A DNA stretch of 64,000 bases from Escherichia coli (lineage in GTDB: Bacteria > Pseudomonadota > Gammaproteobacteria > Enterobacterales > Enterobacteriaceae): the NCBI RefSeq assembly GCF_050920415.1, contig NZ_CP169309.1; one strand, 5' to 3'. A program made the translations under genes and the position numbers. Position 1 is the stretch's first letter; every line of letters starts with the position of its first letter. Shown here piece after piece: positions 61,882 to 64,000 of the stretch. The notes under the pieces were generated by a model. The model made no database searches. It was not told where the DNA came from and was given only the letters and a program-made list of their open reading frames with translations.

Positions 61882-62544
61882 ATGAAAACCGGCATCGTGA
61901 CCACCTTGATTGCATTATGTTTGCCGGTATCCGTTTTTGCCACCACGCTGCGGCTTTCAACCGATGTCGATCTTCTGGTACTCGACGGCAAGAAGGTTTC
62001 CAGCTCTCTGCTGCGCGGTGCGGACAGCATTGAACTGGATAATGGACCACATCAGTTAGTGTTTCGCGTTGAGAAGACGATTCATCTTTCCAATAGTGAA
62101 GAACGGCTGTATATCTCCCCACCACTAGTGGTCAGTTTTAATACCCAGCTCATCAACCAGGTCAATTTTCGCCTGCCTCGCCTGGAGAATGAGCGGGAAG
62201 CTAACCATTTTGATGCCGCGCCGCGCCTTGAATTGTTGGATGGCGATGCGACGCCGATTCCGGTAAAGCTGGATATTCTCGCCATTACCTCAACGGCAAA
62301 AACGATTGATTATGAGGTCGAGGTTGAACGTTATAACAAATCCGCGAAACGCGCTTCACTACCGCAATTTGCCACGATGATGGCAGATGACAGTACGCTG
62401 CTTTCGGGTGTTTCCGAGCTGGATGCTATTCCACCGCAGTCTCAGGTGCTCACAGAACAACGGCTGAAGTATTGGTTTAAACTGGCTGACCCACAAACGC
62501 GAAATACTTTTCTGCAATGGGCGGAAAAACAACCATCTTCCTGA
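61882..62544 (+). CDS. yccT: YccT, conserved secreted protein (DUF2057)
   Basis: 220-aa ORF with signal peptide. Confidence 0.88.
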
Positions 62545-62639
62545 GATTTTTGTGCCTGTGCGCAGGCTTTTTCGGTCTTTCTCTTGCAGCGATAAGTGCT
62601 TACAGTAATCTGTAGGAAAGTTAACTACGGATGTACATT

Positions 62640-63098
62640 ATGGAACTGACGACACGTACTTTACCTGCGCGGAAACATATTGCGCTGGTGGCACACGATC
62701 ACTGCAAACAAATGCTGATGAGCTGGGTGGAACGGCATCAACCGTTACTGGAACAACACGTACTGTATGCAACAGGCACTACCGGTAACTTAATTTCCCG
62801 CGCGACCGGCATGAACGTCAACGCGATGTTGAGTGGCCCAATGGGGGGGGACCAGCAGGTTGGCGCATTGATCTCAGAAGGTAAAATTGATGTATTGATT
62901 TTCTTCTGGGACCCACTAAATGCCGTGCCGCACGATCCTGACGTGAAAGCCTTGCTGCGTCTGGCGACGGTATGGAACATTCCGGTTGCCACCAACGTGG
63001 CAACGGCAGACTTCATTATCCAGTCACCGCATTTCAACGACGCGGTCGATATTCTGATCCCCGATTATCAGCGTTATCTCGCGGACCGTCTGAAGTAA
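62640..63098 (+). CDS. mgsA: MgsA, methylglyoxal synthase
   Basis: 152-aa frame from [23 protein letters not shown]. Confidence 0.95.
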
Positions 63099-63129
63099 TA
63101 TTACACAGGTGGCAAACGCCACCTGTTTC

Positions 63130-64000
63130 CTACGGTTTTCTCGCCACCGGCACATCCAGATTTTTCAGTATTTCGACAAAGGGAGAGGGATTCTCTTTGT
63201 TAAACAATGCCCATACCCGATGGCGTGCCCGGGTCAGCGCCACGTACATTAACCGCCGTTCTTCAGCGTCCGGAAAATCCTCAACCGGGGGTAGTAGCGC
63301 CTCTTCCATAATCGACTCCCGCGCCGCAGCCGGAAAACCATCACTCCCCTCCTGCAAGCCAACGATGATGACGTAATCCGCCTGTTGCCCTTTGCTGGCA
63401 TGAATGGTCATAAAATCGATTTGCAACTTCGGCCAGCGTGTTGCCGCTTTTTCCAGGCTGGCAGGCCTCATGTGATGGTAACGCGCCAGGATCAGAATGC
63501 GCTCTTCCGGTTTGGCATAACCAGAGAGCTTATCCAGCAAAGCATCAAGTTGACTCTCATCCAATAACGTGACGGCTTTTTTGTCTCCATTGGTTAAGCT
63601 GTTTAGCGGCTTTTTCAGCTGGCCAGGGTTCTGCTGAATAAAACGGTTTGCCACCTCACCGATACGACTGTTAAAACGGTAAGTCGTGTCTAAATCACAG
63701 CGATCGCCTTCACCAAAGTTTTCATGGAAAGCGGTGGTGAGCGACATTTGCGCACCGCTGAAACGGTAAATCGCCTGCCAGTCATCGCCAACGGCGAACA
63801 ACGTCGTTTGACTGTTTTGCTTGCGTAATGCCGCTAACAACGCTGCACGCTGCGGCGAGATATCCTGAAATTCATCAACCAGAATATGCTTCCACGGGCT
63901 GATAAAGCGACCTTTCTCCAGAATCACAATCGCCTGGTGAATAAGGCCGGAAAAATCGACAGCGTTTTCTGCCTTCAGCGCACCTTTCCAGGCTTTTAAT
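63130..64000 (-). CDS. helD: HelD (DNA helicase IV), C-terminal part; gene runs off the window
   Basis: frame ends ...EILKNLDVPVARKP at 63130; UvrD-type helicase C-terminal motifs (VALTRAR); N-terminus lies beyond 64000. Confidence 0.88.
   Translation of the reverse strand, partial: LKAWKGALKAENAVDFSGLIHQAIVILEKGRFISPWKHILVDEFQDISPQRAALLAALRKQNSQTTLFAVGDDWQAIYRFSGAQMSLTTAFHENFGEGDRCDLDTTYRFNSRIGEVANRFIQQNPGQLKKPLNSLTNGDKKAVTLLDESQLDALLDKLSGYAKPEERILILARYHHMRPASLEKAATRWPKLQIDFMTIHASKGQQADYVIIVGLQEGSDGFPAAARESIMEEALLPPVEDFPDAEERRLMYVALTRARHRVWALFNKENPSPFVEILKNLDVPVARKP

Overview
This window reads as Escherichia coli chromosome, colinear with the K-12 22-23 min region in reverse orientation: pgaD, phoH, efeUOB, putP/putA, rutR/rutABCDEFG, ymdF, wrbA, yccJ, agp, yccE, cbpAM, torCAD/torR/torT/torS, yccM, gnsB, ymcE, cspG/cspH, gfcABCDE-etp-etk, appA/appX/appBC, hyaABCDEF, serT, yccA, tusE, acyP, rlmI, hspQ, yccU, yccT, mgsA and the 3' part of helD. 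All calls are by eye from the ORF track and recalled protein sequences; no search or computation was run. Starts were trimmed from the ORF-track maxima to the recalled protein N-termini. The strain is not K-12: efeU is an intact single ORF and no IS1 lies upstream of gfcA. Two segments stand out as accessory. (1) A visibly AT-rich ~1.4 kb insert between yccJ and agp (about 19546-20926) carries two tightly coupled minus-strand ORFs of unknown function; this is my best candidate for an undescribed module. (2) A ~2.6 kb islet immediately downstream of serT (55380-58070) is bounded by an imperfect direct repeat of the serT 3' half. It holds a disrupted lom-like gene, three tandem tRNA or tRNA-like genes and two small AT-rich ORFs, and looks like a decayed integrative element or prophage remnant with no integrase. 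Several REP/BIME arrays, the PutA operators, the tor boxes, a Pho box and the sigma54 rutA promoter are visible. No CRISPR array, rRNA or transposase was seen.
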